Assembly: GCA_977030845.1 (NCBI GenBank)
Contig: OZ365110.1
Location: forward strand, 23,188,001 to 23,252,000
Direction: 5' to 3'
Origin: Fimbriosthenelais zetlandica
Lineage: Eukaryota
DNA length: 64,000 nt
Below are positions 1 through 15,300 of this stretch, piece after piece. Positions within the stretch are counted from its first letter, which is position 1. Each line of letters opens with the position of its first letter. The notes below the pieces were generated by a model. It had not been told where the DNA came from and did no database searches. It saw only the letters and a list, made by a program, of their open reading frames with translations. Position numbers and translations under genes: made by a program.

Positions 1-2227
1 AGCGTTAGTGATGAATGGAGAAGATATGAATCGACAAATAAGCTCACCTGGAAAGAAAGAAGTTATTTTGGATCATGGAAGTAGAAAGTAATGGGGAAGA
101 TTTCATCATGAACATGGCAATCTAGATCAATTACAGGTATATCAAAAGGTAAAAGCATACCTGGCCTAGATTATTTGGGTTCAGCTTTTTGTCCAAAAAA
201 CGTTGGAGGTGCCCAACAGTTGCAATACAGGAAACTCTAATATATTTCTTGGTTAACGCCTGAAAGGACAAAATGTAATTTAAGGCTCAAGTAAAATTGT
301 TGATCAGACATAGAATGTCTATGTCCATGATCATATATCAAAGTCTACCCGAACAAGGTGGGACGAAAGAAATTCACTGCTGACCATGACAGAAATCCAC
401 CTATTCACTTACCCGCAAAGCACCGGTGCCAATTGCAGACCTGGAGAATATTGAAGAAAATGTTTAATATGTTTGTTGAAAGTAGTAATATCATGCCCCA
501 GTTCCTTTTACATTTTCCCAAACCATACATATGCTTATAAAAGTAAAATCGAGAGTACGGTACCCAGGTTATATTTGAAATGTGCACGTATGTACCCTGC
601 ATGCTCCAGGAATATAGAGATGCCTTCCTCGGCAGTTGGAGATCCTGGTCGACTTGTAGGTTGGCGCCCTTTCCTCTTTCTGACGGGAGGTGTATCTGTT
701 TTTGCTGCAAAAATAAAGACTAAAATTGTGAGTACGGTAACGATAAAAGGAAATACCAAACATAGTATTTGCCAACTGCCGTTTTAGTACTTGGCTTCTT
801 AGATTTTGTTATCAAACCAATCTACTGCATACGGTACTTACGCTTAACAGGTGGATACTGCATACCACGACTCAAATAAAATTCCTTTTCCCGACTCTTT
901 TCATCTGGAAAATGGAAAAATATAGTGGTGATTTTAGTGTAGGCTATGAATTATTGGGAAACTCACACGAGAAAGTGAACGGGATGAATGTCCTGTTAAA
1001 AGCTAGGATTTGTTCCATATACCCTATATATATTAAAAACTAACCTCCTTCAATATGTGGTAACAATTTGTATACAATGTCTTGTATTGTCCCATCGAGC
1101 CTGAAAACGAACAGAAAGTTTGTAGGCCAACCGGTATGCAAAAAAAGAAACAAAGTAAACCAAATGTTAAATTTGAACACCTCCATTTTGCACACACAAA
1201 ATAACGCACCAAATAATACTCCAGATAAAGGTTAGTTTCTCACCTCATATTTGAATACGGATTTGATGGGTGTATAATATTGTTGCATGTTGGACAATTG
1301 ACACTGACCGTTTCTACGTGCACGACAATGCAGCTCTTGCAAACTGAAAATGTACCGGAATTAGAAACACATTTTTGGAGCACTTGTTTGCAATGGTTCA
1401 AAATCAAGCATTTTTATTCAACTTAATCAGACAATAATTGGGCTATCAGGGGATGAAGTTCATGAACATTTTATCTAATATTTTAGCGGCATAATTGTTG
1501 ACTTAGAAATTCGTTTGTTGATTCTATTTAAAAGTATATTTGGATTTCTGAATGAAGTCATACCGTATGAATTATGATATGGTGCCTGGTACTCACATGA
1601 ATGCAGACATTCTGTAATTGTTGTAGCATTGACTAAATAACCATTACATAAACCGCAAATTAGAAGTGGATTCACATCTTTTAGTGATATGCGCACGTCT
1701 GGAGGTTCAGGTGGTCCTTTTCCGGGACTTTGGAGTATACCAGTAATAGGCTTCCACTATAAAAAAAAAAATATAACAGCCCATTATTTAATTTTCGAAA
1801 AACTTCGAGAACTTCGAGATAGAAAATAAGGCAAGACTCATGAATACATATATGACAAATTAACTTAGTCAGTTGTACATACATCAATATACAATATGTC
1901 ATAGATACGACCATGAACTTTTAGTCCCAGAGGACGGGAGTCTAAATTACTAAAAAGGCCGTGTCCGTCCTGGAGCCATCCGCATCCAGACTCGTGGCCC
2001 CCGGGCCTCGAGGCCACTGCCCGGCACTGGAGTGCGACTGCGAGCATGTCTGCTCGCTCCGTGCAGGCAAACCACCATACAAAACCATGGATCATTGATA
2101 TATAACTCATCATAAAAGTGAGAATGTAAAGTTCACCTATTGGCATATATGACATTTCTATTAAACTGATCTAAATATAAGTAAAATGGCTCCAGATTTG
2201 GGGCGCGTATCTCACCTGACTAGCCAT
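1..2227 (-). CDS. PCGF6: Polycomb group RING finger protein, PCGF6-like (multi-exon, 3' end beyond window start)
   Basis: Spliced reading gives [25 protein letters not shown]|FCKSCIVVHVETVSVNCPTC, then R|LDGTIQDIVYKLLP, then RAWUL-region ISIFLEHAG|SAIGTGALR|ALTKKYIRVSCIATVGHLQRFLDKKL and a last visible exon VSLFVDSYLLHSSLTL (1-47). The GTG..R.L.KK..RVS..AT.GH...FL..K segment best matches PCGF6 as I recall it. ATG at 2227 (MASQ|gtgaga); the exon 2 acceptor is uncertain. Confidence 0.8.
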
Positions 2228-2506
2228 GTTTTGCTGGTATGACATAAAAGGGTGAATTGCAAAATAAAGAAAACGAAAAAGAAAATTTCAAGTTTAAAAG
2301 TGGAATAATGGACAAGAAAAGTTGATACATCTTAATTTATAATGGTAATACCTCTGTTGTATAAATATTTCTTTGGCCAAAGTTTTTAATTGACAAAAAT
2401 GAAACAAGTGGTCTCCGTTTACTACTTAGTAAAAGTTTTTGTTTTGGTGACTCCTTACAGGAAGTTCCCACATTCCCACATTGGCGACTGCGCAGGCGCA
2501 GCGATC

Positions 2507-5500
2507 ATGGCCGTAAGTACCACACATGTTCTAAAATACTGTTTGTTTATTAGGTTTTATTCCGTGTTTAAATGAATTTCCACGAAGAATTCCTTGTGGT
2601 TCTATTTGCTGAAATGTTAAGGAAGACGCTTAATTCGTGTTTGTTGAGAATCAAAGCGTTTATTGAGGAAAATGAAGACATAAATTGGTGGTTCTTGTGA
2701 TGTCTGGACGGGATGTGCGTGACGCACGTGGCCGTGGCCGATGCCCATGCACGATGCAGGTGCCCGTCCTATGTGTAACCACGAGGGCCAAAATCTTTTA
2801 GGGGTTACCGGAGACCATGTTTATAATAAATCTTCGTTAGAAAATATGTAGGAGCTTGCTGGGTGACCCCTCTACATATATGCGTTGCAGACTTGGCACA
2901 TTGGCGCATTGGCTGGGACAAGTCACAAGTAACTAGTGTTACTGTTAGGTGTTACTATGAACTTAGCAAAAGTCCAAGATAGAATCAAACGTAGGCCTAT
3001 AATAATTGGTAATGTGTATTCACTAGGTAGGCAGTAGGCTACTATAATCTAGACCCAAACTTGACCTGTGTAGAAAGTCTCTTGCAATCTTAAATCTATC
3101 CATAATAAATTTCTTTAGTTTTGAATTGATGTCCAATTCACAATTGCTGTGAATTATTAAATAATCTTCACCTAGTCGTAGAGTCGAAGTTTATAGATCA
3201 TAAAAACAAGAGCCATCCAAAATTTGACTTCTAAAAACTAAGACCACCAAATATATGACCCAAAAGATCCTCCATGTAGCCTAGACTACACCTTATATTT
3301 CTGGTTCGAATTTATATATTGCGCCTGCCTATCAATAGTATCATTATTCTTAGACAATATGATCGGCTCCTTACTCACAGGGATGGATATTTTATCTACA
3401 TTATTCTACGCCCTCGCATTTCCTCAACCGTATGTAGACTAATAAATTACTGTACCTTCTTATTTTTTACAGCCACAAGTTATGCACGTGCTCTTTGAGC
3501 ATGCCACAGGCTATGCATTATTTAAGGTCAAGGAGTTTGAAGAAATTGGTTTACTTCGACCCGAGGTAGAACAAAGTGTCACCGACATCAGCCGATTCAA
3601 TTCAGTAGTAAAACTGGTCGCATTTTCACCCTTCAAGAGTGGCACAAATGCATTGGACAATATGAACAGTATATCTGAAGGTGTGTAGTTTCAGATATTC
3701 CTGTCTTTTTTCCTGTTTAAACGTTCATATTGCATCATAGTAATAGACCTTTGTCTAATATTTTAAATTTAGTCTGGTTCCAATATTTCTCTGTCGATAT
3801 ACGGTATTCATAAAATTAAAGACAAATTTGTCCCGTACTAACTGAGAATGATATTTATGCTCTCTCCCCATATTCCAGGTGTTCTACATGAAGATCTTCG
3901 CTTATTTCTTGAAACCAACTGTCCCAAGACATCAAAGAAGATGACTTCAATTCTTGGCGTGGCTGACGCTAAAATCACTGCCACTATTTCTGAGGAATTA
4001 AACGTTAATTGTCAACACTCAGGTGTTGTACCCGAGATAATCCGAGGTTCGTCAATGTGGCTTTTAGCTAAAGTAAAAAGTTGGAAATTTTAAGCCAATT
4101 TAATTAGTTAATACATAAGTTAATCACGTCTAATGTAGTATTCCGGAGTATTTTTTTTCATTTGATTTATATATTTTTCATTGCAGGCCTGAGATTTCAT
4201 TTCCATAAGATGGTAAAAGGACTGACTGAGAAGTCGGCATCGAAAGCTCAGCTTGGTTTGGGTCACAGTTATTCTCGGTGTAAAGTGAAGTTCAATGTTA
4301 ACCGCTCAGACAACATGATCATTCAGAGTATTAGTTTACTTGATCAACTGGACAAAGACATCAATCTCTTCTCCATGAGAATTAGGTATGTGTATTTCCT
4401 TCTTAGCCTTGCTAGCTATTACAATACACATCTGCCAGGAATCGTTTGTATTATATTTCTGTGTACATTATTTTCAGAGAATGGTACTCCTACCACTTCC
4501 CAGAGCTCGTCAAGATAGTCCCAGAAAACTACATGTACGCCAAGGTCGCAAAGTTTATAAAGAACAGGAAAGAACTCACAGATGAATCGGTTGAACAAAT
4601 AGAAGAAATTATCATGGACTCGGCTAAAGCACAGGCTGTCTATGATGCCTCTAAATCCTCAATGGGTACGACGTTAGATTCCTTTTATAATTCTGTGGTC
4701 TAATTAAGTACCGGACACGAACAACAAATCTAACAAGACATAATCCGGAAAGAGATATATATATTTAGCCTCCTATTTTTATGTGTGTTTTATGTCCATT
4801 TTGCAGGTATGGATATTTCGCCCATTGATTTGATCAACATTGAACAGTTTGCCAAGAGGGTAATTGGACTCACGGAGTATAGAAAATGTCTCCAAGAATA
4901 TCTCCGGGAAAGAATGCATTCCGTCGCTCCAAACTTGGCCACCTTGATAGGAGAGCAGGTATGAAGATTATCTATCTCTTCTGGTTCTTAAATTAAATTA
5001 AGAACAGGTACTTCTTACTTTCATTCTAAAGTGATGTGATGAAAACAGATAGGTTAATCTGTTGATTTATGTAGTATTTAAACTAATGGTCGACTCTCAT
5101 AATTATACAGGTCGGAGCCCGGTTGATTTCACAAGCTGGTAGTCTCACAAATCTCGCCAAATATCCTGCTTCAACAGTTCAGATTCTTGGCGCAGAAAAA
5201 GCTCTCTTCAGGTACATCACTTTACTAGTCTCAACCAGTTCCAGTGAATATTATGATTAAATGAGGAATTCAATTTTTGAGCATAGATGTTATTTTATGG
5301 AAATTATATTCCTCCGTACCATAAAACCTGAATTTTTGGTACATGAATTGATCATCGTCCTCAATATTGAAAAGAATTCTTATCTATTTGCAGAGCCTTG
5401 AAGACTAGGGGTAACACGCCCAAATATGGTCTGATTTTCCACTCAACCTTTATTGGTCGTGCCGCTGCTAAAAACAAAGGAAGAATCTCTCGGTACTTGG

Positions 5501-6309
5501 CCAACAAGTGTTCAATTGCCTCCAGGATCGATTGTTTCTCAGGTAACTTTAGTCATTAACAGCTATGCTTAAATTAACTGAAAGATAAACCTTAGGGATG
5601 AACTGTGGTCATGTATTACTATTTGCCAAGATGCCTCTCAATTTTGACGTTCTATGAATAACTTTAAAATTAAAAATTTCATTTTAGAAATTCCCACAAG
5701 TGTGTTTGGTGACCATCTACGCACCCAGGTTGAGGATCGACTCAAGTTCTACGAGACTGGAGAAGCACCCAAAAAGAACGTGGACGTGATGAAGGAAGCC
5801 CTGGTGGAGGTGAGGATCAATTCATGGACCTTTAAATTTCGGTTCTAAAATTTTAATAAAATATTATATGATGTGCGTAGGAGGCAAACAAATTAATTTT
5901 ATATTTTTAACCCACACAATTGTGATGATCATATTTTGTAAAGAATATTCACATTTTTGAAATTCAGGCCACCGAGGCTAGGGACGTCATGATCAAGAAA
6001 GAGAAGAAAAGGAAGAAGAAAGAGAAGAAAAGGAAGGCCCAGGAGAACGGAGAGAGTGGGGTGGATGCTGATACCACCATGGAAGCAGACACCACACTGG
6101 ATCAGAGCGCCATGGATGTTGATGGTGAAACTCCCAAGAAGAAAACAAAGAAAAAGAAGAAGTCCAAATCCCATGAGAATGGAGAGAATGGTGTCGATGC
6201 CGATACGACCATGGAGGCAGATACCACGCTAGATGAGAGCGTCATTGATGGTGAACCTCCAAAGAAAAAGGCCAAGAAAAAGAAGAAGTCCAAGGCCCAG
6301 GACGAGTAA
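2507..6309 (+). CDS. NOP56: Nucleolar protein 56 (box C/D snoRNP core), 10 coding exons
   Basis: ATGGCC|gtaagt at 2507, then [58 protein letters not shown]|[29 protein letters not shown]|[17 protein letters not shown] and [24 protein letters not shown], with a Lys-rich tail ending TAA at 6309. All splice phases are consistent. Confidence 0.97.
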
Positions 6310-6901
6310 AGGATATGATTTTAAGACTTCGGAGAGATCCCTCGAGTAGTAATGGAAAGATGGACTAGGTATAGGAATAAACTCAAAAACGAATACCGTA
6401 CCGGTATATTATCAATTATATGAGGGGATTGAGGATATTTTAATGATTTACGGTATACTTAGTATAAATAACCATGTAACATATATACCAACCGACTAAC
6501 ACCTGCTGTTGTAGTGCACTGACTAGTAGCTAAGAAACGAATCAAGGAAGTTTTCTGTAAAATAATTTTAACATTGTGATGAAGTCATTCCTGACAATGT
6601 AAAAAGGTGGATACATATTAAAATACTGCCAGAATATTCTTCTCGGGGTTAGTTATATTATGTAATCAACAATTCAACCTTTTAAAGGAAATAGTTTTAT
6701 TTTTCTGGTCTGTGTTGTGTAATACCTATAAGTTTTCCAAAAGAATATCTTTCACGTAGTATCAGTCTCCACGTGTAAGACAATACTGTTCAGTAAAATT
6801 TAAAAATACAAAAATTCCATGGGAGATGAAGTATTTACAAATGAAAATGCCCCATATATACAGATGAAGGTCTCCGAAGTAGTATCACTGATTCTGGAAT
6901 G

Positions 6902-8953
<2,052 letters not shown>

Positions 8954-9093
8954 TATTTGATAGATTCGTACTTGAAATCCTTCTCGATAAGATCCGCAAA
9001 GAGGATTCTTGCTGGTTGGTTGCTATATTACCAAAAACGTGCCTTTAGAAATCGTCGAGTTCGAGTTTCCCCACGGATCACGGATGCCATAAA

Positions 9094-9101
9094 CCGGAAG
9101 T
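9094..9101 (+). promoter_or_regulatory. ETS/GABP-type site CCGGAAGT in the PCGF1/HPS1 divergent promoter
   Basis: Exact CCGGAAGT consensus within the 440-bp gap between the divergent start codons. An inverted ACTTCCGG also occurs near 28566, upstream of AUP1. Motif match only. Confidence 0.4.
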
Positions 9102-9393
9102 AACCACCAGATATAAGAAACATTCAAACTTTAGTTTCCCATTCAGTGCACACGACAGATTTAATTAATAATTTAATTAGACAAGCTTTTTAAAAGTATA
9201 CTGCTTATTCTTTGAAAACGCTTCTTATATAACAATGCTCTTTATGTAGTGTTCGGTTCTCCGACACTATTTATGTATTTTCGTATTCACTGCCAACTTT
9301 ACCTCAATCGAAAAAGAAGCACATGACAGACGGAGTCCTGAGAAAAGACGGATGAACATAGGTATTTTTCATCCGTAAGCAGCCCTATGAAGA

Positions 9394-12300
9394 ATGAAAG
9401 GAGTTATTGTGTTCAACCAGTTGAATGATATCGTCTTTGTGCATCATGATGTGGGGTTTGGCAGATATGTCAACTCGAAATGGTGTGATGGGCAGTGTTC
9501 GCCTGTGAGTATCTCTTCCTCAGACTGAGGATCAGCCCCCGCCCACCCCCGACCCCGAAACTTTGTAGGCTACTGCTTGCAGCTTATAAGCAGTTTCGGA
9601 CAGTACATCCACCCAACCTAATTATTTGATTTAGCATATATATTATCATATTTTAGTGATATAGAAATCTAATTTTAATCACATTAAATTATTTTATATT
9701 AAATTTAATAGGGCTAATTGCTACAGGTACCGGTAACTAAAATTGCCGCCCAACTTGTTAATTGGATGGAAGTCCTATTTTTTAACCATAGGCCTATTCC
9801 ATATTATATATATTTTCTCTTCAGACTTTGGATCCCGATGGACCACTGGACACGAATATTTTGATGCAAATGTTTTTTCCATTAATATCATCCCAGCGGT
9901 TCATGACTGAAGAGGCGAGAAATCCTTGCCAGTCCATACAATGTGCCAATAATTTCTTGTTCGTTTTGGAACAGGTGTGTTTATTAGTCTTGTATTTGAA
10001 TAGTACAGAACACGCAATTGTAAAATTATAGAGTTTCTATCCACCAACTGACACAAGAATTGAGGCAACTTAGTACTACGTACATACATGTATTATTGTT
10101 ATTTTACTGTTTTTTAGTACCATGATCATATGCTGATGGCCATCTGTGGAGATGGTCTTGAGACAGAAGCGTTCATGCGTCGAAAGTTACTGGTTTTACA
10201 GCGAATATTACGCTTCTTGTTCGGCCCTTGTGATGAGGAGTAAGATTGCCATTTTTGATATCTTCTAAATATTTAATAGAGTATATAATGATTAAATCAA
10301 TGAAGTATAGTTCTTTAAGGCTGCGACCCAAGACAGAACTTTAAACATATTGGCCATAAATATTTTGTTCTTAGTTCTGGTAGTAATTTCGGTGAATAAC
10401 GATATTTTAATTTATACAATTTATGCCTCTCAATCTTTCAGGATCAAACTTGAAACGGCCAGAGGGAGAGACCTGCGATGGCATTTCATATCAAAATTAC
10501 TCGACACATGGATCGAACTTTATAATTCTGAACAGTGCTTCCTAATAGAGGTGATTTGTTTTAACTTCCAAGACATTTAAGTACTAGAAAATGTAATGGA
10601 TTTCTGAACTGGATTGCCAAATTATTTTTTGACAAAGCTTCGTTGTCTCATAAAATGTTTCATAATCTGGTACGTCTATTTTTCTGCCATTACAGGCTAT
10701 AGAGCGACTGCACGTGAACCAGCTGCTCAATGTGAAGTGCATAGAACTAATGGAGATGGTCCTCAGTGTTCTAAAGTCCTCGGGTGAAACAAATGTACTT
10801 CATGCATTTACTATCGTTAACTGTAAACTCCTCTCACTATTTTCTGTGTAAGTACACACAAATTCAATTTGTTCAAGCGTCAGGGTGAGTTACGATCGCA
10901 TTAAAGGGGGTCTTTTTTCCTTGGTATTAATACAAATTTAAAATATATTTTGTAATAGTGGCCCACTAAAATATAGACTTAACATCATTATCTTTCCTTT
11001 CAGCCGGAATGCTTTCGAGCTTCTACCCTCTGATATGTTACTCATAGTTCTGCTGGTGAAGTCACGGTTTACCATGAACCAAAGATTAGAGGACTTTTTC
11101 TCTGAATCGGCAGCTGTTGGTGATAACGAAGCCTTGCAGTCTCCTGTCCCGGACAATGAACATTATCAGAGTGCCCCAGAGGATCATGACCAAAACGAAT
11201 CAGAGGATGTGGATGAGGTGTGATTTGTTTTCTACTAAACTCATACATCACTTGTTATCACAAATTATTAATCCCATTTCCCCTTTATGGGGAAAATGGG
11301 GTTTTAGATTTTGTGCTCGTTGTTCTACACTATTATTTTTTTTTTTTTTTATTTTTTTTTTTTTTTTTAATGTTGTAGTTAGACTTTTGATGAAAAACAG
11401 GTTTATATTAGAGGTAGGAATCTGGTTTTCACACATATTGTAGACCATAGTAAGGAGTGGTCAAATGTGATGAATGGATGTCATACGTCATCACATGACG
11501 TCATATGACGTCACCAAACCAGCCAAATTGGTAAAATTTGATTGTAATTTTTTTGGACCCATGCGGATCTAGAATAAGATGAATGGTATGTAGTGTAAAG
11601 ATACATGATGGACTATAAGTTGACCTACATATTTGACCTTTGACCTAATTAGTTATGTGTAATTAGGTCAGGGGTATGAAATCTCTCAAATGCCATTTCT
11701 TCCCAATTAAAAAATGTTAGAAATTGATTACACTTGGTTAATAAGAATCCTTTGGGTGGGGCGTATCTGAAAAATAGTTTTTGGTGAAGACCCATGTGAC
11801 GTAAATGACGTCACATTGATGTAAAATCTAATTAACCCAATATTTTCAGTTTATTTAATCCAGCAAGTTTATTTTTAAAGACAAAGCTTAAAATGAATTA
11901 GATGAATTAAAGTACATAAAAAGACCTGTTGATACCTATATTGCATAATGTATTCCACTTGTAAGTTGATTTGTTATAAATTTTTTAATATTTTCCATTT
12001 TGGTCAATATTTTCATGCTTTTTTCACTCTGGCAAGTTTATTTTTAAAGATAGAGCTTAGTATGAATTACAAAAAATGATGCACATAACTAGACCTTTGC
12101 ATACATGTATTGCATTATGCAGTCCAGTAATTCTTTCTAATTATGCTTTTGAATACACAAAAATTTAAGACAAGGTCAAGGTAGCACCTGCAGCACCCCC
12201 CCCCCCCCCAACCCTCCACTCTCGTGGTCACTTGGATTAGTGAAGAGAGACTTGCCTAAGTCTTTCTTTCTTTAAGCCTATTTTTATTAGAACTGTTCAG

Positions 12301-15300
12301 AGAATAACTCTGCTGGTCAATCATAACAATGGCATCTATTTTATGAGAAGATAGATTGCACAATGAAATGTTCAGCTTCTTTTTAATGAAAGCAATGACA
12401 CATCTCTGGTAATTGAAGCATTTGAGTCCACATGTAACAGTGAAACTTATATGCCTCATGGCACTGAGAGAATTAAATTAAGTATAAGATAGAGAATATC
12501 TAAATCTACAATTTGTAATACCTATCAAGAGTTTAGTTTTGTTCTCTCATATTTAAAAACATTAGCCTGAAATTGATTACTTTGACACAATAAGTGATTA
12601 TCCAAAAGAATTATATATAGCCAAGGGGTTTGTGGTCAAGTCTAGGGGGAGACCCTGACTGGTGTGTATGCTTAGAGGTGTTGTGGTCAAGTCTAGGAGG
12701 AAACTCTCTTGTTGCCATGGCAGCAGGTCAGAATGGTGGGTGGGTGCAAGACTGGAGGATTAGAATAGAGGGCTAGGAGGCTGTGTTGTTATAGCAGTTA
12801 AGTACCAGTACTTTGCTTAGAGACAAGAGTCTAGACAGAAGTTTGAAAATGTTCACTTTACAATTAGTGGAATAGGAATTACAAAAAGATGGATTTAGGT
12901 GTGTCTATGGGCCTAGAACTAAAGATTTTACTTTGTCTATGTTTGGAAAGCACTTAGTCCTTGCATGAGGAATTATGTCAAAATGTTTGCTTAGAGACAA
13001 GAGTCTAGACAGAAGTTTGAAAATGTTCACTTTACACTTAGTGGAATAGGAATTACAAAAAGATGGATTTAGGTGTGTCTATGGGCCTAGAACTAAAGAT
13101 TTTACTTTGTCTATGTTTGGAAAGCACTTAGTCCTTGCATGAGGAATTATGTCAAAATGTGAATTTTTGAAATATTTAAATTTCAAAGTGTATTTTACTA
13201 TAGAGTAACAGGCATTAAGAAACGATGACTTATATATTAAGTTTTTATGTAAATATTAAGGTTTTAAGTATGTTTTTTTGGTACTCATCTATAACTTTCA
13301 GTCTGCCTCTCAATACACATTTTTCTCTCAAAGAGGGTCTTTGTTGTGTACACAAGTTTTAGGCTGGTTGTAATTGGCGACCTGGACAGGAGATAGATAA
13401 TTGCCTTCAGTCTATTCCTATAAATTAATTCTATAATTATATTCTATATGAATCATCAGAATTCTTGGTAATGCAACTAAATACTTGATCTCTAAAGTTA
13501 AACGCTGCCTGATTTAACGAGGTTAATCATTGAGGTGTGAGGCTGCCTTGTAAAACTCTCCTGGATATGTCATGATGATATTATAATGGCTTAGTGTATT
13601 TTTAAAGCTTATTCTGGCAGGGGAAATGGGATTATTAATGATTACTGGTAATCGTGGTGGCTAGTTTTGATTCTTTTCTCATTTCCAGTAACAGGGAAAA
13701 CAGGGAACATAAAAGACATTCCATGCAGGGAAAATTTATGCAAAGTCAGAGGATATTTTAGTGAAGTTATAGTATCACATTTACAGATAGTGGAAAGTGG
13801 CTGGTTTAGTCAGGGAAAAACAATAAATGGAGAGGGAATAGTTACCATATTTTCTTACACCCATATTTTCTTCTAGAAAGTTATAATACTATTTTAAAAT
13901 AGTTATTTCTATAAATAACAAGTAACAATGTCACGTATTAAATTATAATAGGGAACGGCTGGTTTTTATTTGCAGTTGTTTAGTAGTGTGCCTTCCTCCC
14001 CTGCTCAAGTATCAGACTGTGAAAAGGCAGGAGATGATCAAAAGGACATTGCAAGCGGTCAGGTGAATGTTGTTTGAATTTTATAAAATGACAGATATAT
14101 GGATATAGAATTCTGTATATATAATCATGATTATTTTTAATGTTAATTTTAACAATATTTCTTGTTGTTCTTTGTAGGAAACTGATTGGAAGGAAGTAGA
14201 TGCTGAAAAAGAAGAAAATTATCTCTTACAAACAGTGTTAGCGTCAGTAAATGACCCCACAGAAGAGAATGATTATCAGACATTTACAGCCATGCTTGGC
14301 ACTCCACAATGTAAATATACACCACATACTCTCCACTGTATACAAGTCATGCCCGGTATTGTAGTTATTGTCATCTCAGAGGTAAGGTTTTTTCTTTTTA
14401 TTAAATCTTATTTTGTCTACCATAAAATAGATAAATGTATCCAATTGAGGCTTGTCTTACATGGCAATTTATTTTAGGATAGGTGTTCACATGTGTTTCT
14501 TTTGCAGACAAAGAATGCTAAACATTCCGGAGCCATATGCCAAACCATCTCTATAATGCGAGCATTACTACATCAAGCTAAAGGCAGTACGTTACAGGGA
14601 AAACAAACCATCGAATTTCTAGACCACAATATTAAAAAGATATTCGATATTACAAAAAGGCAGAAGGTGAGAACAGATTGGAATTTCAGTTCTTGATCTC
14701 ATGGAAAACACTTTATTCTTTTCCGGCAATATGGATAAATTATACAAATATTTACTCTGTTTTAGTCGGAATATAATTTTTCTAATTTTGTAGATAAACA
14801 CATTTGTAGGGAAAATCCTCTCAGATGTTCACAGTAAGTGGGAACTATGTAAGCACCACGGACTCGCCAGACACCTAGATAATATAGAGGGCAATGAACT
14901 GGGTGGAAGGTAATTTAATTATCCAATTTATTATTCGAAATACCTACCAAAATCTGAAAACATTTCAGACCAATCCTCACATTGTGCTTTTTTTAATATT
15001 AATATTTCCCAGGTTGATTGGTGCATTGTCAACGATCGTGGATAAGCTGAAGATATTGTTTCGAATTTTATTTGTCTCAAAGTCGGGCACATGTCTTGGC
15101 CAGCCTGCACGTTCTGAGACTATCAGTCGTTGTCAGCAAACCATGCAGCGCCAATTGTATGACTACAAGGACTATCTAGCGGTTAAAGCTCAGAGGAACA
15201 TTACTATGACAAAGTACGTATTCTTATTTACAGGACTGTATAGGCTCTCTGGACACAAGAGTTTAGAGTTTTAACACTACATGTACCATGTACTTTGTCC

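Noticed and set aside
5036-5110. Perfect C box GTGATGA in a NOP56 intron
   Set aside because: No CTGA D box or terminal stem before the acceptor at 5110.
5590-5660. Possible SNORD86-like element in the NOP56 intron after IDCFS, with AACTGTGGT and ATTTGCCAAGA resembling 18S rRNA
   Set aside because: The C and D boxes are both degenerate, and the rRNA matches are in sense orientation, so they cannot be guides.
9028-9090. 20-codon ORF MASVIRGETRTRRFLKARFW upstream of PCGF1
   Set aside because: Ambiguous: it could be a uORF, lie upstream of the TSS, or be the true start via a 59-nt intron. It cannot be resolved without transcripts.
14794-14909. Apparent phase conflict or microexon in HPS1
   Set aside because: Resolved by one longer exon (INTFVGK…ELGGR) with canonical sites; no unusual splicing is needed.
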